A DNA stretch of 64,000 nt from Oscillospiraceae bacterium (GCA_015068125.1 SVLD01000002.1:24533-88532), one strand, 5' to 3'; positions 19,377 to 30,146 are shown, numbered from the stretch's first letter. The notes: a model not told the origin generated them from the sequence alone. A program made the numbers and translations.

Positions 19377-20513
19377 TTAACACTTTCCGGGAATCTTGCC
19401 TGCCAACCAGTAGATCAGCAGAAGAATGCCCGAGTAGACCATCATCAGCAGCAGGAAGCGATTAGAATATACCGCATTAATATAGTATGTGGGTGGGAAA
19501 ATATACTGGATTTCCCGCAGAGCGCCCAAGTCGAAGAATATGGGACACACCACAAGCATCACCACTACCAAAAGCGGCAACGCAGTACCCACGGCAGTTA
19601 ATGTGCCGCAGAGTCTGCGCACCGTCATGCAGAACAGCGCCACACCCAGCGCATACATTAACAGCACCGCCACTTCCCTGCCCCAGGAAACCATCAGTCC
19701 CGACAACCCCAGGGCAATCAGCGCTACCACCGCGATATTTAGCACCGCGATAATCTGGCAAGCAAACTCCACCAGGGATTTATTCTTCTGGGGGACCAGA
19801 GAGAATGTGCCGTTTTGCTCATCCCGGATATAGTACATGGCGGCAGCCAGGCCACCCAGGACGATCACGATGGCAAGCAGGCCCCGTATGGGGGTCAGTA
19901 AATAATTCGCGTTCCGGGCGTCTTCCTGTCCCCCGTCGGATTCCAGGTAGGCAAATTCAAACAGGGTCGCGTCGGCGGCAAACTCGTCGTAGTGACGCAT
20001 CAGCTCCGCATCCGGCACATCCGCCAGCTGAGAAACATTCTTGCGAATGTACCGCAAGTAAAACTCCCGGGAACAATATTTAAATAGTGTACCGCTGAGT
20101 TTTTCTCTCGCCAGCTTCAGAGGAACGGAATTGTCCGGTTCCACCACACGGACAAAAGCGTTTCGTCTGGCGGGAGCCTGGATGAAGCGATAGATCCTGT
20201 TTTCCAGATCATCCGCCAGAATCCAGGCGGCATCGGCTTTTCCGTCGCTTACCATTTTCTCAGAGGCTTCCGGGGAATCGCAGATCACAAAACGAATCAG
20301 ATTTGAGCTTTCCTTCAATTCCTGCATCACCTGCTGCGCCAGAGGACTTTCATCCCGCCGGGCCAGGGCGATGGTTAGTATACCGCTTTCCTCCTGGGCA
20401 GCCGAGCCATAACCGATCAACAGCACAGGAATCAGCACCAGGATCAAAAGGAAAGTCAGTTTTTTGTACAGCCGCTTATTCAGCAGCAGAAACCATTTTC
20501 CGAATGTCATCAT
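19377..20513 (-). CDS. ABC-2 type transporter permease
   Basis: N-terminal TM helix, extracellular domain, then several TM helices ending in IFPPTYY. Confidence 0.85.
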   Translation of the reverse strand: MMTFGKWFLLLNKRLYKKLTFLLILVLIPVLLIGYGSAAQEESGILTIALARRDESPLAQQVMQELKESSNLIRFVICDSPEASEKMVSDGKADAAWILADDLENRIYRFIQAPARRNAFVRVVEPDNSVPLKLAREKLSGTLFKYCSREFYLRYIRKNVSQLADVPDAELMRHYDEFAADATLFEFAYLESDGGQEDARNANYLLTPIRGLLAIVIVLGGLAAAMYYIRDEQNGTFSLVPQKNKSLVEFACQIIAVLNIAVVALIALGLSGLMVSWGREVAVLLMYALGVALFCMTVRRLCGTLTAVGTALPLLVVVMLVVCPIFFDLGALREIQYIFPPTYYINAVYSNRFLLLMMVYSGILLLIYWLAGKIPGKC

Positions 20514-20517
20514 CCCG

Positions 20518-21708
20518 TCACCCCCTTACGCCGGCCACTTTGTATTTCCGTACCAAAGCAGCGCAGAGAGCAAACAGGCAGCCATAGCCGAGAAGCGCCA
20601 GGGTGGTTTGTAAGGTATGCTTCAGCAAAATGCAGTCGGCAAGCTGCATTCTTGCCAATCCCACAGGCAAAAAAGCAGCGATTTTCTGAACCGAGTCCGG
20701 GAAAAATGTAATGGGATACAGGCAACCGCAGATAAAGCACAGTGCCAGCGTGCCGAAAAACTGCAGCAAAACACCGCTGACCAGATCTGAAGCCAGCTCA
20801 TACATAAAAAAGCTCATGGTGCCCAAGGCCCAAACAATGGCCAGTCCCTGCCACAATGCAGATATAGAGGGTCGGCAATTCACCCAGGCCATGGCACACA
20901 GAAGGACAATGACCGCAACTGTCGTCAGACCAATCAAATAAACTGCCAGATCGCACAGCACCTGTAAAATTACCGGTCTGCGCCGGGCAGCCAGCATCCG
21001 GCTCAGGGACTGATCCCGGCGGATCATCACCGGTGCGAAGGTCAGGCAGATCAGCATAAACAGAACCACGCACAGGCCGCTGAGCAAATAGCCATCCAGT
21101 CCAAGTCCGTTGAATATTTCCTTCTCGGCAACCCGGTACATATTGGATCTGTCAAAAATGAACATGGCATATTCGATGCTGATGTCGTTGATGACCTTGG
21201 AACCGCTGAGCCCCTGGGCGATCATGGCATTTCCGGCGCCATAGATTCCCTTTTGGGATTCTATCAGAAGCACTTCAATGATCCGGCTCAACTCGTCTTT
21301 CAGCATGGATACAAGATTGATAGCACCGGCGGTGGATACAAATTTCAGGGGCATGATATCGCCACGGAAGGCGGCATCCATAAAGCCTTCCGGAACAACA
21401 AGAAATGCCGATATATCGCCCCGGCGCATAGCCTCCTCGGCTGCCGCCTCTTCCATTTCCACCAGCTCCACGGCAAAGCGGGAGGAGTCGAAGGATTCCA
21501 GCGCTGTCATGCCCATCTGGAGATAGGTGTCTCCGGCCGTGCCTACAATACCCACCTGGAACTTTGTATGCTCCGCGCTGTCTTCATCCATCTTACGGAT
21601 GGCTGTATGAACCGCCATCAGGCAACTGAACAAAATCGCGGCAACCACAAGCACAGGGAGTATGATCCGAAGCAGGCGTTTCAGTTGTATGGAAAAATAT
21701 TGTTTCAT
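20518..21708 (-). CDS. ABC-2 type transporter permease
   Basis: Same architecture, with CGCLYPITFFPDSVQKIAAFLP. Confidence 0.85.
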   Translation of the reverse strand: MKQYFSIQLKRLLRIILPVLVVAAILFSCLMAVHTAIRKMDEDSAEHTKFQVGIVGTAGDTYLQMGMTALESFDSSRFAVELVEMEEAAAEEAMRRGDISAFLVVPEGFMDAAFRGDIMPLKFVSTAGAINLVSMLKDELSRIIEVLLIESQKGIYGAGNAMIAQGLSGSKVINDISIEYAMFIFDRSNMYRVAEKEIFNGLGLDGYLLSGLCVVLFMLICLTFAPVMIRRDQSLSRMLAARRRPVILQVLCDLAVYLIGLTTVAVIVLLCAMAWVNCRPSISALWQGLAIVWALGTMSFFMYELASDLVSGVLLQFFGTLALCFICGCLYPITFFPDSVQKIAAFLPVGLARMQLADCILLKHTLQTTLALLGYGCLFALCAALVRKYKVAGVRG

Positions 21709-21709
21709 A

Positions 21710-22390
21710 TTACAGGCTCTCTACAAGTTTTTGAACATTACCGTCGAAGGCAAAGGGAACCATCACGCCGTTTTGGATAATATACCAGGCGTCACAAAGA
21801 TCCAACTCCATCACATCGTGGGTGGTCAGCAGAAGCAGTCCGCCGGACTGCTTGTAATGACGCAAATAACTGGCGATGCTCTGTTTGCAGGACAGATCTA
21901 AAGCGGCGGTAGGCTCATCCAACAGCAGCACCGGAGGATGCTTGGACATGGCGCAGCCGATGGACAGCCGCTTTTTCATGCCGCCGGACATCTTCGACAC
22001 CGTGACATTGAGGAACTCCCCAATGCCGAGAATCCCCAAAACTCCATCCTCCAGCTCTTGCTGCATGGTCTTTTTATCATACCACAGCAGCAGATTATCC
22101 TTGGCCGTCAATTCCTCAATCAACGGCGTTCCCTGGGGAACATAGCCCACAAGCTCTGCCCTGCGGCGGGAATCTTTCAGAAGATCCGTTCCGTCACACA
22201 GAAAGCTGCCGCTGTCACATCCCTGGATGCCGGCCAGAATGGAAAGCAGCGTAGACTTGCCGCTGCCGTTGGCACCCAGAACACCGATGCACTGTCCGCC
22301 GGTGGCTTCCAGACAAATATCCTGAAGAACCTGCTTCTTCTTAAATTTTTTCGCAATATGCTTGATTTCTATCTGCATAGTTTTCTCCAC
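21710..22390 (-). CDS. ABC transporter ATP-binding protein
   Basis: GANGSGKST, MSGGMKKR, LDEPT and TTH. Confidence 0.93.
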   Translation of the reverse strand: MEKTMQIEIKHIAKKFKKKQVLQDICLEATGGQCIGVLGANGSGKSTLLSILAGIQGCDSGSFLCDGTDLLKDSRRRAELVGYVPQGTPLIEELTAKDNLLLWYDKKTMQQELEDGVLGILGIGEFLNVTVSKMSGGMKKRLSIGCAMSKHPPVLLLDEPTAALDLSCKQSIASYLRHYKQSGGLLLLTTHDVMELDLCDAWYIIQNGVMVPFAFDGNVQKLVESL

Positions 22391-22392
22391 AT

Positions 22393-22424
22393 AAAGTATT
22401 TGGCGCTGTAAACAGCGCCAAATA
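22393..22424 (-). terminator. Stem-loop after the lipoprotein gene
   Basis: GTATTTGGCGCTG-TAAA-CAGCGCCAAATAC. Confidence 0.7.
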
Positions 22425-22443
22425 CCGATTCATTCAGTTAAAC

Positions 22444-24099
22444 TTAGCCGTAGAGAGCACTTTCCAGTGCGTCAATAAAATCGTTGGGAACGCCGGCCTT
22501 GCGAAGGTTATCGAGCAGAGCATCAAAATCCATACCCTCGACCCAGTTCTGCAGCTGGTTCTGATTGGTGAAGTCGATGGTGTTGGAGGGCATCTGAATG
22601 TTGCCGCCGGAGGTGGTCTTGGAATCCAGGGCAATACCAACGATCAAGGCGTCGTTGCCCAGGAGGTTCAGTTCCACCTTAGCCTTGGTATCATTGCAGT
22701 CCAGCTTCAGCTCCAGAGCCACATCCGCAAAGGGCAGGCCGCTGCTGCTGCCGAAGATCATGCTCATCAGATCAGCGGTAGGCTCCAGCTTGATGCTGCC
22801 CTTGACGCTGTCCTTGCCTTCTTCCCAATCCTTGACATCGATCACCAGCACATCGGCATCGCCGACGGAAAGGGTGTACTCAGCATCGATGACATTGCTC
22901 TTGTTGGTGCCGCTGCCGGTAATTTCCAGGCCTGCAGCTTCCACAACTGCCTCGAAAGCAAAGTTCTTGCCTTCGGTAACGGTGTAGTAGTGGATGTCGC
23001 CCAACTGTCTGATGGCCTGACTCAGGTCACGGCCGATGATGTTATGGGAAGCATCGACATAAGTAACCATCTGGAGATAATTCTCGGTGTCCAGCTCATC
23101 CTCGGGGATATCCATGCTGTCGATCAGATCCAGGATCTCACCGTGGAGCATGTCATAAAGGTCAACCTCATTCCAAGAGCCACCGGCTTCCTGCGCAGCT
23201 TCCTTCATGAGCTTATTGATGGCGGTATTTACCTTGTCAATAGCCTTTTCCAGATCCTTGTCGTCTTTGGCAGTTTCCAGGACGGCCTTGGCAACATTGT
23301 AAATATCCTTCTCATAGATCTTGACGGTAAGCTTGTTGACATCCTGCTTCAGGCCGTCCAGCTCCAGAGTGGTGGTCTCCCGGGTAACATTCTCCAGGTT
23401 CTTCAGCGCAACATCGATATAGCGGTTCAGCAGCTTGCTGAATTCCTCTTCGCTGGGCAGAGCTGCCAGCAGGTCATAGGAGGAGTTCATCAGAGCGGTG
23501 GAAGCAGTCGCGCCGCCAGTCATCTCCATGATGTTCAGCTCACCGTAGATATTGCTCAGCTCGGGGAAGCCAACATAAGTAGTGTAATCCACCAGGCTCA
23601 TAAAGGTGCTGGCAGTGAAGATGCGATGGCCGTTCAGGCCAATGCCCATATCCATCTGCTGCAGCTTATTGCCCACCTTCAGATCCACATCCATGCTCAG
23701 CTTGGACAGGAAAGAGAAATCCATGGTCTCGCCGGTAGAGGTTGCATAGCTCTCCTCCAGCATATCCAGGATCATGTCGCCGATCTGAACAGTCATGCTG
23801 CCCTCAGCGCCGTAAGTGCTCTCCACATCGGTCTTCAGCAGATTGCCGTAGACAGTAGAAATAGCATCTACCAGGCCGCCCATACTGTTCTTCTCCAGCG
23901 CCTGGAAATACTCCACGTCTGTCAGGTTTTCGTACTGCTTGCCGGGATCCTCAGTAGGATCACCCTCGCCGGCAGCGGAGCCGCCCTCGGAACAGCCTGC
24001 GAACATCGCACCGCAGCCCACCAGCAGGGACAATACCATCACCAGGGACAGCACAGACCGCAGAAGCTTCTTATAGTTGAAAGTATTCATAGGTTTCAC
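22444..24099 (-). CDS. Hypothetical acidic lipoprotein
   Basis: Signal peptide with LVGC and FAGC lipobox-like motifs and strong codon bias. Alternative ATG start at 24090. Confidence 0.8.
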   Translation of the reverse strand: MKPMNTFNYKKLLRSVLSLVMVLSLLVGCGAMFAGCSEGGSAAGEGDPTEDPGKQYENLTDVEYFQALEKNSMGGLVDAISTVYGNLLKTDVESTYGAEGSMTVQIGDMILDMLEESYATSTGETMDFSFLSKLSMDVDLKVGNKLQQMDMGIGLNGHRIFTASTFMSLVDYTTYVGFPELSNIYGELNIMEMTGGATASTALMNSSYDLLAALPSEEEFSKLLNRYIDVALKNLENVTRETTTLELDGLKQDVNKLTVKIYEKDIYNVAKAVLETAKDDKDLEKAIDKVNTAINKLMKEAAQEAGGSWNEVDLYDMLHGEILDLIDSMDIPEDELDTENYLQMVTYVDASHNIIGRDLSQAIRQLGDIHYYTVTEGKNFAFEAVVEAAGLEITGSGTNKSNVIDAEYTLSVGDADVLVIDVKDWEEGKDSVKGSIKLEPTADLMSMIFGSSSGLPFADVALELKLDCNDTKAKVELNLLGNDALIVGIALDSKTTSGGNIQMPSNTIDFTNQNQLQNWVEGMDFDALLDNLRKAGVPNDFIDALESALYG

Positions 24100-24214
24100 C
24101 GATGTAGTTTTCTACATCTGCTCCTTTCTAAGCATTGTTCCTATACGGGAACACTTTAATTATAGCACACCAGTCAGAAAAAGCAACCACTAAAACAGAA
24201 AATTACCCTTTTCG

Positions 24215-24553
24215 TCATTCGCTCTTGCCCCGGTTAGACAGAAAGGTTTCCAGATTGGTGGCGTGATTATATTTCACCGCTGCCTTCTTGTCCTTCTCCA
24301 GGATGATCCGGGACAGATCAATATCGTTGATGGCAGCGATGGCGATGATGTAATGGATCATATCCGCCAGTTCTGTTCCGAGCTGCTCCTGCAAGTCAGT
24401 TTCCTCAGAGTATTTTCGTCCGGCCCGCTTATTCAGCACTTCTGCTACCTCGCCGATCTCCTCTACCAGCTTCATAAACATGCTTTGTTCCGTTGCCCAG
24501 CCGCAGTAATGCTCCGCAAGGTATGCCTGCAGGGCTTCGATGGTGATGTCCAT
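24215..24553 (-). CDS. MazG-like nucleotide pyrophosphohydrolase
   Basis: KLVEEIGEVAE...ELAD. Confidence 0.85.
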   Translation of the reverse strand: MDITIEALQAYLAEHYCGWATEQSMFMKLVEEIGEVAEVLNKRAGRKYSEETDLQEQLGTELADMIHYIIAIAAINDIDLSRIILEKDKKAAVKYNHATNLETFLSNRGKSE

Positions 24554-24569
24554 TTTTACGCTCCTTTGT

Positions 24570-25103
24570 TTACAACTCTATAGAATATCTTAAACTACAA
24601 ACATCTTTATCATAAAACTCTTCTTGAAGAACACCGCCATTTTTAAGAATCGTCTTTATAGCGCCTGCATTACCTTTATATGGAACAATATCGACTTTTC
24701 TCATGCCCATTTCTCGGCATTTGTCAAGGGCAAGCTTCAACATAATGCTTCCGTATCCCTTATTTCTGTTCCAAGGCGCAATTCCCGCATGCAAATGTCC
24801 TCTGTGGGTATTGCTATGATTAATAACAATGCCACCTAATATTTCCCCGCAATCATTCATAAGAAAATACAGCGTACACGGAATTTTCGTTGATAACGCC
24901 TGACCTGTCGTCCGATCATCCTCACACCATTCCAACCATCTGAAATAAGTAACGTTGCCATTTAACTTGCCACTATGTCTCCCCAACAACTGAGGAGCAA
25001 TTTTGTCACCCAAAGATTCCCATCGGTCCATCATTTCAGTATATGCCTTCTCGTGACTCACATTAGGTATTTCAAGAAATAATCGCAGTTTATCTTTCAT
25101 CAA
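24570..25103 (-). CDS. GNAT family N-acetyltransferase (AT-rich)
   Basis: GIAPWNRNKGYGSIMLKLAL...N..AIKTILKNGG. Confidence 0.8.
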   Translation of the reverse strand: MMKDKLRLFLEIPNVSHEKAYTEMMDRWESLGDKIAPQLLGRHSGKLNGNVTYFRWLEWCEDDRTTGQALSTKIPCTLYFLMNDCGEILGGIVINHSNTHRGHLHAGIAPWNRNKGYGSIMLKLALDKCREMGMRKVDIVPYKGNAGAIKTILKNGGVLQEEFYDKDVCSLRYSIEL

Positions 25104-25104
25104 A

Positions 25105-25467
25105 TCACCACCCTGGTTTGCTTTTCATCCTACTTTTCGCTGTATTTATTGAGGCTACCAATAATTTCTTAACCTCAATACATTTATCAAGAACATCCCT
25201 ATTATCATAATAGTCACTTTCAATTAAAAGCTCTATCCAATACTCACTTTCCGAACATTCCTTGAGCGCAATTTGCAGCTTAGCAATAAAATCCGCCGTG
25301 CCGTGACCGTAAAATGCTTCACGGATATTAGCACCTACGCTTGTTCCGCTGCGAAGCAACTGATTTGTGAGCACGGTTTCCTTCTTGTTCTGCTTCACAT
25401 AATTGCAAACATGAATGATCTGCAAAGCAAACTCTTTGGACTTTATAATCAACGGACTATCAGCCAT
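25105..25467 (-). CDS. Four-helix-bundle protein (23S rRNA IVS/Avd-like, TIGR02436 type)
   Basis: KSKEFALQII...QLLRSGTSVGANIREA...DFIAKLQIALKECSESEYWIELL. Confidence 0.9.
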   Translation of the reverse strand: MADSPLIIKSKEFALQIIHVCNYVKQNKKETVLTNQLLRSGTSVGANIREAFYGHGTADFIAKLQIALKECSESEYWIELLIESDYYDNRDVLDKCIEVKKLLVASINTAKSRMKSKPGW

Positions 25468-25539
25468 ACTCTTACCACCTTTCCTTAATTTAATTATATC
25501 ACTTGAAAACAAAAAAGCAAGGCAACGTCTTGCAAATAC

Positions 25540-25632
25540 CTTATTACCTCTTACCTATTACTTATTACTTCCCAAAAATCCCGATGGTTAGAATTTCGAA
25601 GTAATAGTGAAGAAGTAATAGGTAATAAGTAA
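25540..25632. repeat. Inverted array of heptamers (CYTMTTA x4 facing TAATARG-like x4)
   Basis: cttatta cctctta cctatta cttatta cttc ... gaag taatagt gaagaag taatagg taataag. Confidence 0.75.
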
Positions 25633-25664
25633 AAATCCCGAACGCTTACGCATTCGGGATTTTT
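25631..25664 (-). terminator. Terminator of the tRNA operon
   Basis: AAAAATCCCGAA-loop-TTCGGGATTTTT immediately after tRNA-Cys. Confidence 0.8.
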
Positions 25665-25738
25665 GGAGGTACCGGCCAGATTTGAACTGGCGAATAACGG
25701 TTTTGCAGACCGGGGCCTTACCACTTGGCTACGGTACC
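25664..25738 (-). tRNA. tRNA-Cys(GCA)
   Basis: GGTACCGTAGCCAAGTGGTAAGGC...CTGCAAA...GTTCAAATC...CCA. Confidence 0.95.
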
Positions 25739-25783
25739 ATCTTATAAAAACAGGAACGCAGGTGCGTTCCTATTTTATTTTAT

Positions 25784-25859
25784 TGGAGCGGGTGACGAGG
25801 CTCGAACTCGCTACCTCCACCTTGGCAAGGTGGCGCTCTACCGGATGAGCTACACCCGC
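25784..25859 (-). tRNA. tRNA-Gly(GCC)
   Basis: GCGGGTGTAGCTCA...TTGCCAA...GTTCGAGCC...CCA. Confidence 0.95.
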
Positions 25860-25883
25860 ATCTCGGTTCCCAAATGAGAACCG

Positions 25884-25959
<76 letters not shown>

Positions 25960-25997
25960 ATATTGTGGAGAGCAGTGCTCTCCACAGATGCATTATA

Positions 25998-26074
25998 TGG
26001 CGACCCCGAACGGACTCGAACCGTCGACCTCCAGCGTGACAGGCTGGCGTGCTAACCGACTGCACCACAGGGCC
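25998..26074 (-). tRNA. tRNA-Asp(GTC)
   Basis: GGCCCTGTGGTGCAGTCGGTTAGC...CTGTCAC...GTTCGAGTC...CCA. Confidence 0.95.
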
Positions 26075-26080
26075 AGATTA

Positions 26081-26156
26081 TGGTGGGAACAACAGGGCTC
26101 GAACCTGTGACCCCATGCTTGTAAGGCATGTGCTCTCCCAGCTGAGCTATGCTCCC
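26081..26156 (-). tRNA. tRNA-Val(TAC)
   Basis: GGGAGCATAGCTCAGCTGGGAGAGC...CTTACAA...GTTCGAGCC...CCA. Confidence 0.95.
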
Positions 26157-26196
26157 GTACAGGTTTCGCAAGGCGTTTACCTCAGCGACGGGTATT

Positions 26197-26225
26197 ATTA
26201 TACACAGCACGCTATCATTTGTCAA
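26197..26225 (-). promoter_or_regulatory. Consensus SigA promoter of the tRNA operon
   Basis: Minus strand TTGACA-17-TATAAT. Confidence 0.85.
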
Positions 26226-26300
26226 GCACTTTTTCCTATTTTTTTCACCGAATTTTTCGTATGTGAAACACCCGGTTATCCCACCGTTTTTCCAGTCAAA

Positions 26301-27179
26301 TCAAATCTTTTCCAGAAGTCCCCGGATATCCTCCGGCGTAAAGGCATAGACCGTATCGCAGAACTGGCACTCCACGGGGAAGTCCTTCCCTTCCTCGGTG
26401 ATTTCCGCCAATTCCTTCTTGCCCAGGCTGATCAGCGCCTTGGTCACCCGTTCCCGGGAGCAGTAGCACTTGTAGCTAACCTCCGTGGTTTCCATGAAGA
26501 CCACGCCCAGGTCGCCGCAGACTTGGCCCAGGATATCCTCAGGAGTCATGCCCTGCTCCAGCATGGCCGTCACCGCGCCGGCACGGCGAATCCCCGCCTC
26601 CAAACGGTCGATGACATCATCCGGCGCGCCGGGAAGCAGCTGCAGCAGATAACCGCCTGCCACCTTCACGCTCTGATCCCGATCTACCAGAACACCCAGT
26701 GCGCATGCAGTAGGTGTCTGCTCACTCTGGGCAAAATAGGCGGTGATATCGTCACCGATCTCGCCGGAAACCAGTTCAATAGTGCCCACATAAGGCTCTT
26801 TCATCTGCAGATCCCGGATCACCGTCAGTGTGCCGTCATTGCCCACAGTGGCGCCCACATCCAGCTTTCCCGGGTACTTTTCCACGAGAGGCACTCTGGG
26901 TTCGGTGACAAAGCCTCGGACATTGCCCTGGGGGTCAGACACGCAGGTGATGCTGCCGATAGGGCCGTCGCCTTTGATCTGCAGGGTCATAGAGCCGTTT
27001 TCCACCTTCTGCATATTGCCCATCATAGAGGCCGCTGTCAACGCCCGGCCAAAGGCCGCGGTGGCATTGGGGGTGGTTTTCTGTATTTCAGCACCCCGGC
27101 GGACAAGCACTGTGGAGCGGATGGCTACGACTTTCACAAAGCCATCCATGCTCATGCCTCTTACAAGATAATCCTTCAT
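26301..27179 (-). CDS. hslO: Hsp33 redox-regulated chaperone
   Basis: YFAQSEQTPT, AGGYLLQLLPG and zinc centre CYC...CQFC. Confidence 0.95.
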   Translation of the reverse strand: MKDYLVRGMSMDGFVKVVAIRSTVLVRRGAEIQKTTPNATAAFGRALTAASMMGNMQKVENGSMTLQIKGDGPIGSITCVSDPQGNVRGFVTEPRVPLVEKYPGKLDVGATVGNDGTLTVIRDLQMKEPYVGTIELVSGEIGDDITAYFAQSEQTPTACALGVLVDRDQSVKVAGGYLLQLLPGAPDDVIDRLEAGIRRAGAVTAMLEQGMTPEDILGQVCGDLGVVFMETTEVSYKCYCSRERVTKALISLGKKELAEITEEGKDFPVECQFCDTVYAFTPEDIRGLLEKI

Positions 27180-27925
27180 TTTACTCTACCCTTTCTGGCC
27201 TTCAAATAAATCCGTTTATCCGTCCGCGTTGGCTGTTCCATGCGCCTGTCGCCGTAGACCGCAATATTGGTAAAACCCGCTTGCTTTAAATATCCCACCA
27301 ATTGTTCCTGGCTGTAAGCATATTCCCGGTGCTCCTCGAAGCTCCGGTGCCACACTTTCCCTTCCCGCTGGAACAGATCCATGCCGTAGGAGCAGATGTT
27401 GGTTTTTTCGTCAAATTCCCCACGCCATATGCAGTAAACATCATCGTCCTCATCCAGGAATACCTGGCCGTCCATGGCGCGAAGTTTTTCCGGGGTGTTT
27501 ACATCGAAGATGAAAATGCCGCCGGGATTCAGCGCTTTATATACCCGGCGGATCGCCTCATGGCAGTCCTTGGGATCGGTGATATAGTCCATGCTGTCCA
27601 GGGCGCAGACCGCCAGATCTACTCCCCTGGCCAGGCGCAGCTCCTGGAGCTTCTGGCAAACAAAGGTGGGCGGATTGTCCAGTTCCTGAGCCTTGCTCCA
27701 GGCCACAGCCAGCATATCCTCGGACATATCTACTGCGGTAACCTGCAGTCCGGACTGAGCCAACAGCATCGCGACAGAGCCTGTACCACAGGCAAGGTCG
27801 ACGGCTGTTCTGGGAGATATGCCTTCGCATTCGATTATTTCCTTGTAAAATGCCACCACCGCGGAATAGTCCACATCGTTGGTCAGCCGGTCGTAGCTCA
27901 CCGCAAGTTCCTTATATGCATTCAT
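27176..27925 (-). CDS. Class I SAM-dependent methyltransferase
   Basis: VDLACGTG, VDMSEDML and LNPGGIFIFDVNT. Confidence 0.9.
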   Translation of the reverse strand: MNAYKELAVSYDRLTNDVDYSAVVAFYKEIIECEGISPRTAVDLACGTGSVAMLLAQSGLQVTAVDMSEDMLAVAWSKAQELDNPPTFVCQKLQELRLARGVDLAVCALDSMDYITDPKDCHEAIRRVYKALNPGGIFIFDVNTPEKLRAMDGQVFLDEDDDVYCIWRGEFDEKTNICSYGMDLFQREGKVWHRSFEEHREYAYSQEQLVGYLKQAGFTNIAVYGDRRMEQPTRTDKRIYLKARKGRVK

Positions 27926-27981
27926 ACTATCTCCTAAAAAACATCCCGGGCATTTTAGCCCGGGATGATGAGCGTAATGGT

Positions 27982-29043
<1,062 letters not shown>

Positions 29044-29195
29044 AAACTCTTTCCTCCTATGTATCCTCGCGGTCGGAAAAAGTCCGCACCGCTTCAATTT
29101 ACAGTTGTACCCTTGTATTCTATCCCAAAAAAGTGAATTGGTCAATAACCTTTTTTAACTTTTTCACATATTTCGGCAAAGATTTTTTGGGAAAA

Positions 29196-30131
29196 TCAGC
29201 CAGATTCGGGAAATGGCATAGATCCGACACTATTCGGCCATGTGGTAAAGCTGATATCCAAAATACCGGAAGAACTGAGCTCCGGATTCTCCAGCGCTCC
29301 CTTCAGGCAGCCGATCTTGTAGTCCAGTCGGCTCTCATCGCCCAGCAGCACCTGGTACTGCTGACCATACCACAGCTCCAGGGCGCCCATATCCGTCACA
29401 TTGACAGAAGCCGCTTTGCCGATGATATGATTCTGCTCCAGATACTGCACGATCTGCAGGGCGGTATGCAGTCTTTGGGCCTGGGTCACGGTTACGGGAG
29501 CCGGGCTGCCATCGGGGGCAGTCTGGGTACTCCCTACTTCCAGGGCCACCGCAGGATGACCCAGTGTCGGATTCTGGATCCGGACGCCGATAAATTTGGC
29601 GTGTTGGGTCTGGTTCCCGTCCGCCAGCTGCTCCACGACCTTGCCGCCGGAATCCAGCAGCCACCAGGTCTGATCTTCCGCTTCCACAGCGTAGACCACC
29701 TGGCTTTCCACCACTTCAATATTGACGATATTGGGCAGCTTGATGCCGATCCGGACAGACGCCACATAGGGCAGCTCCGTGCGAATTCTTGCGGCCACCT
29801 TGGGTATGCTGATGGTCAGCAGATTTTCGCCCTGGCGGATGCCGGAGGCTTCCATAATATCCCAGGCGGTATACTTTCCGTTTCCGGAAACCATCACATT
29901 TTCCACCTTGAAAAAGACAGAAACGCCCAGAAGCAGCGCAATAACCACAGCCGCCACTGTAACCAGCCGCAAGATCAGCCGGTTCCTGCTGAAATGCTGC
30001 GCAGGCTGGTAGACCACATCCGAAGAGGTCTGCTTCTTAGGCTGCGCCGCAGGCTTTCTTCTGCGGGTCGGCGTGCCATCAGTTCGCCGGGGGCGAGCCT
30101 GACCGCGTCTTTCTTGTTCCTTTGTACTCAT
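29196..30131 (-). CDS. ftsQ: FtsQ/DivIB family POTRA protein
   Basis: Basic N-terminus, one TM helix and POTRA-like FKVENVMVSGN...LPYVASVRI. Position in the dcw cluster. Confidence 0.8.
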   Translation of the reverse strand: MSTKEQERRGQARPRRTDGTPTRRRKPAAQPKKQTSSDVVYQPAQHFSRNRLILRLVTVAAVVIALLLGVSVFFKVENVMVSGNGKYTAWDIMEASGIRQGENLLTISIPKVAARIRTELPYVASVRIGIKLPNIVNIEVVESQVVYAVEAEDQTWWLLDSGGKVVEQLADGNQTQHAKFIGVRIQNPTLGHPAVALEVGSTQTAPDGSPAPVTVTQAQRLHTALQIVQYLEQNHIIGKAASVNVTDMGALELWYGQQYQVLLGDESRLDYKIGCLKGALENPELSSSGILDISFTTWPNSVGSMPFPESG

Positions 30132-30146
30132 GGTTTTCCCCTTGTA

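Noticed and set aside
25105-25467. Diversity-generating retroelement suggested by the Avd-like protein
   Set aside because: I saw no reverse transcriptase and no TR/VR pair in the window.
25540-25632. CRISPR array
   Set aside because: The units are adjacent 7-mers with no spacers, and there are no cas genes.
24215-25738. Prophage or integrative element at tRNA-Cys
   Set aside because: There is no integrase or phage gene, and I found no duplicated tRNA 3' end.
26049-27209. Plus-strand ORFs over the tRNAs and hslO (also 25663-25848)
   Set aside because: They are antisense translations of tRNA genes and hslO.
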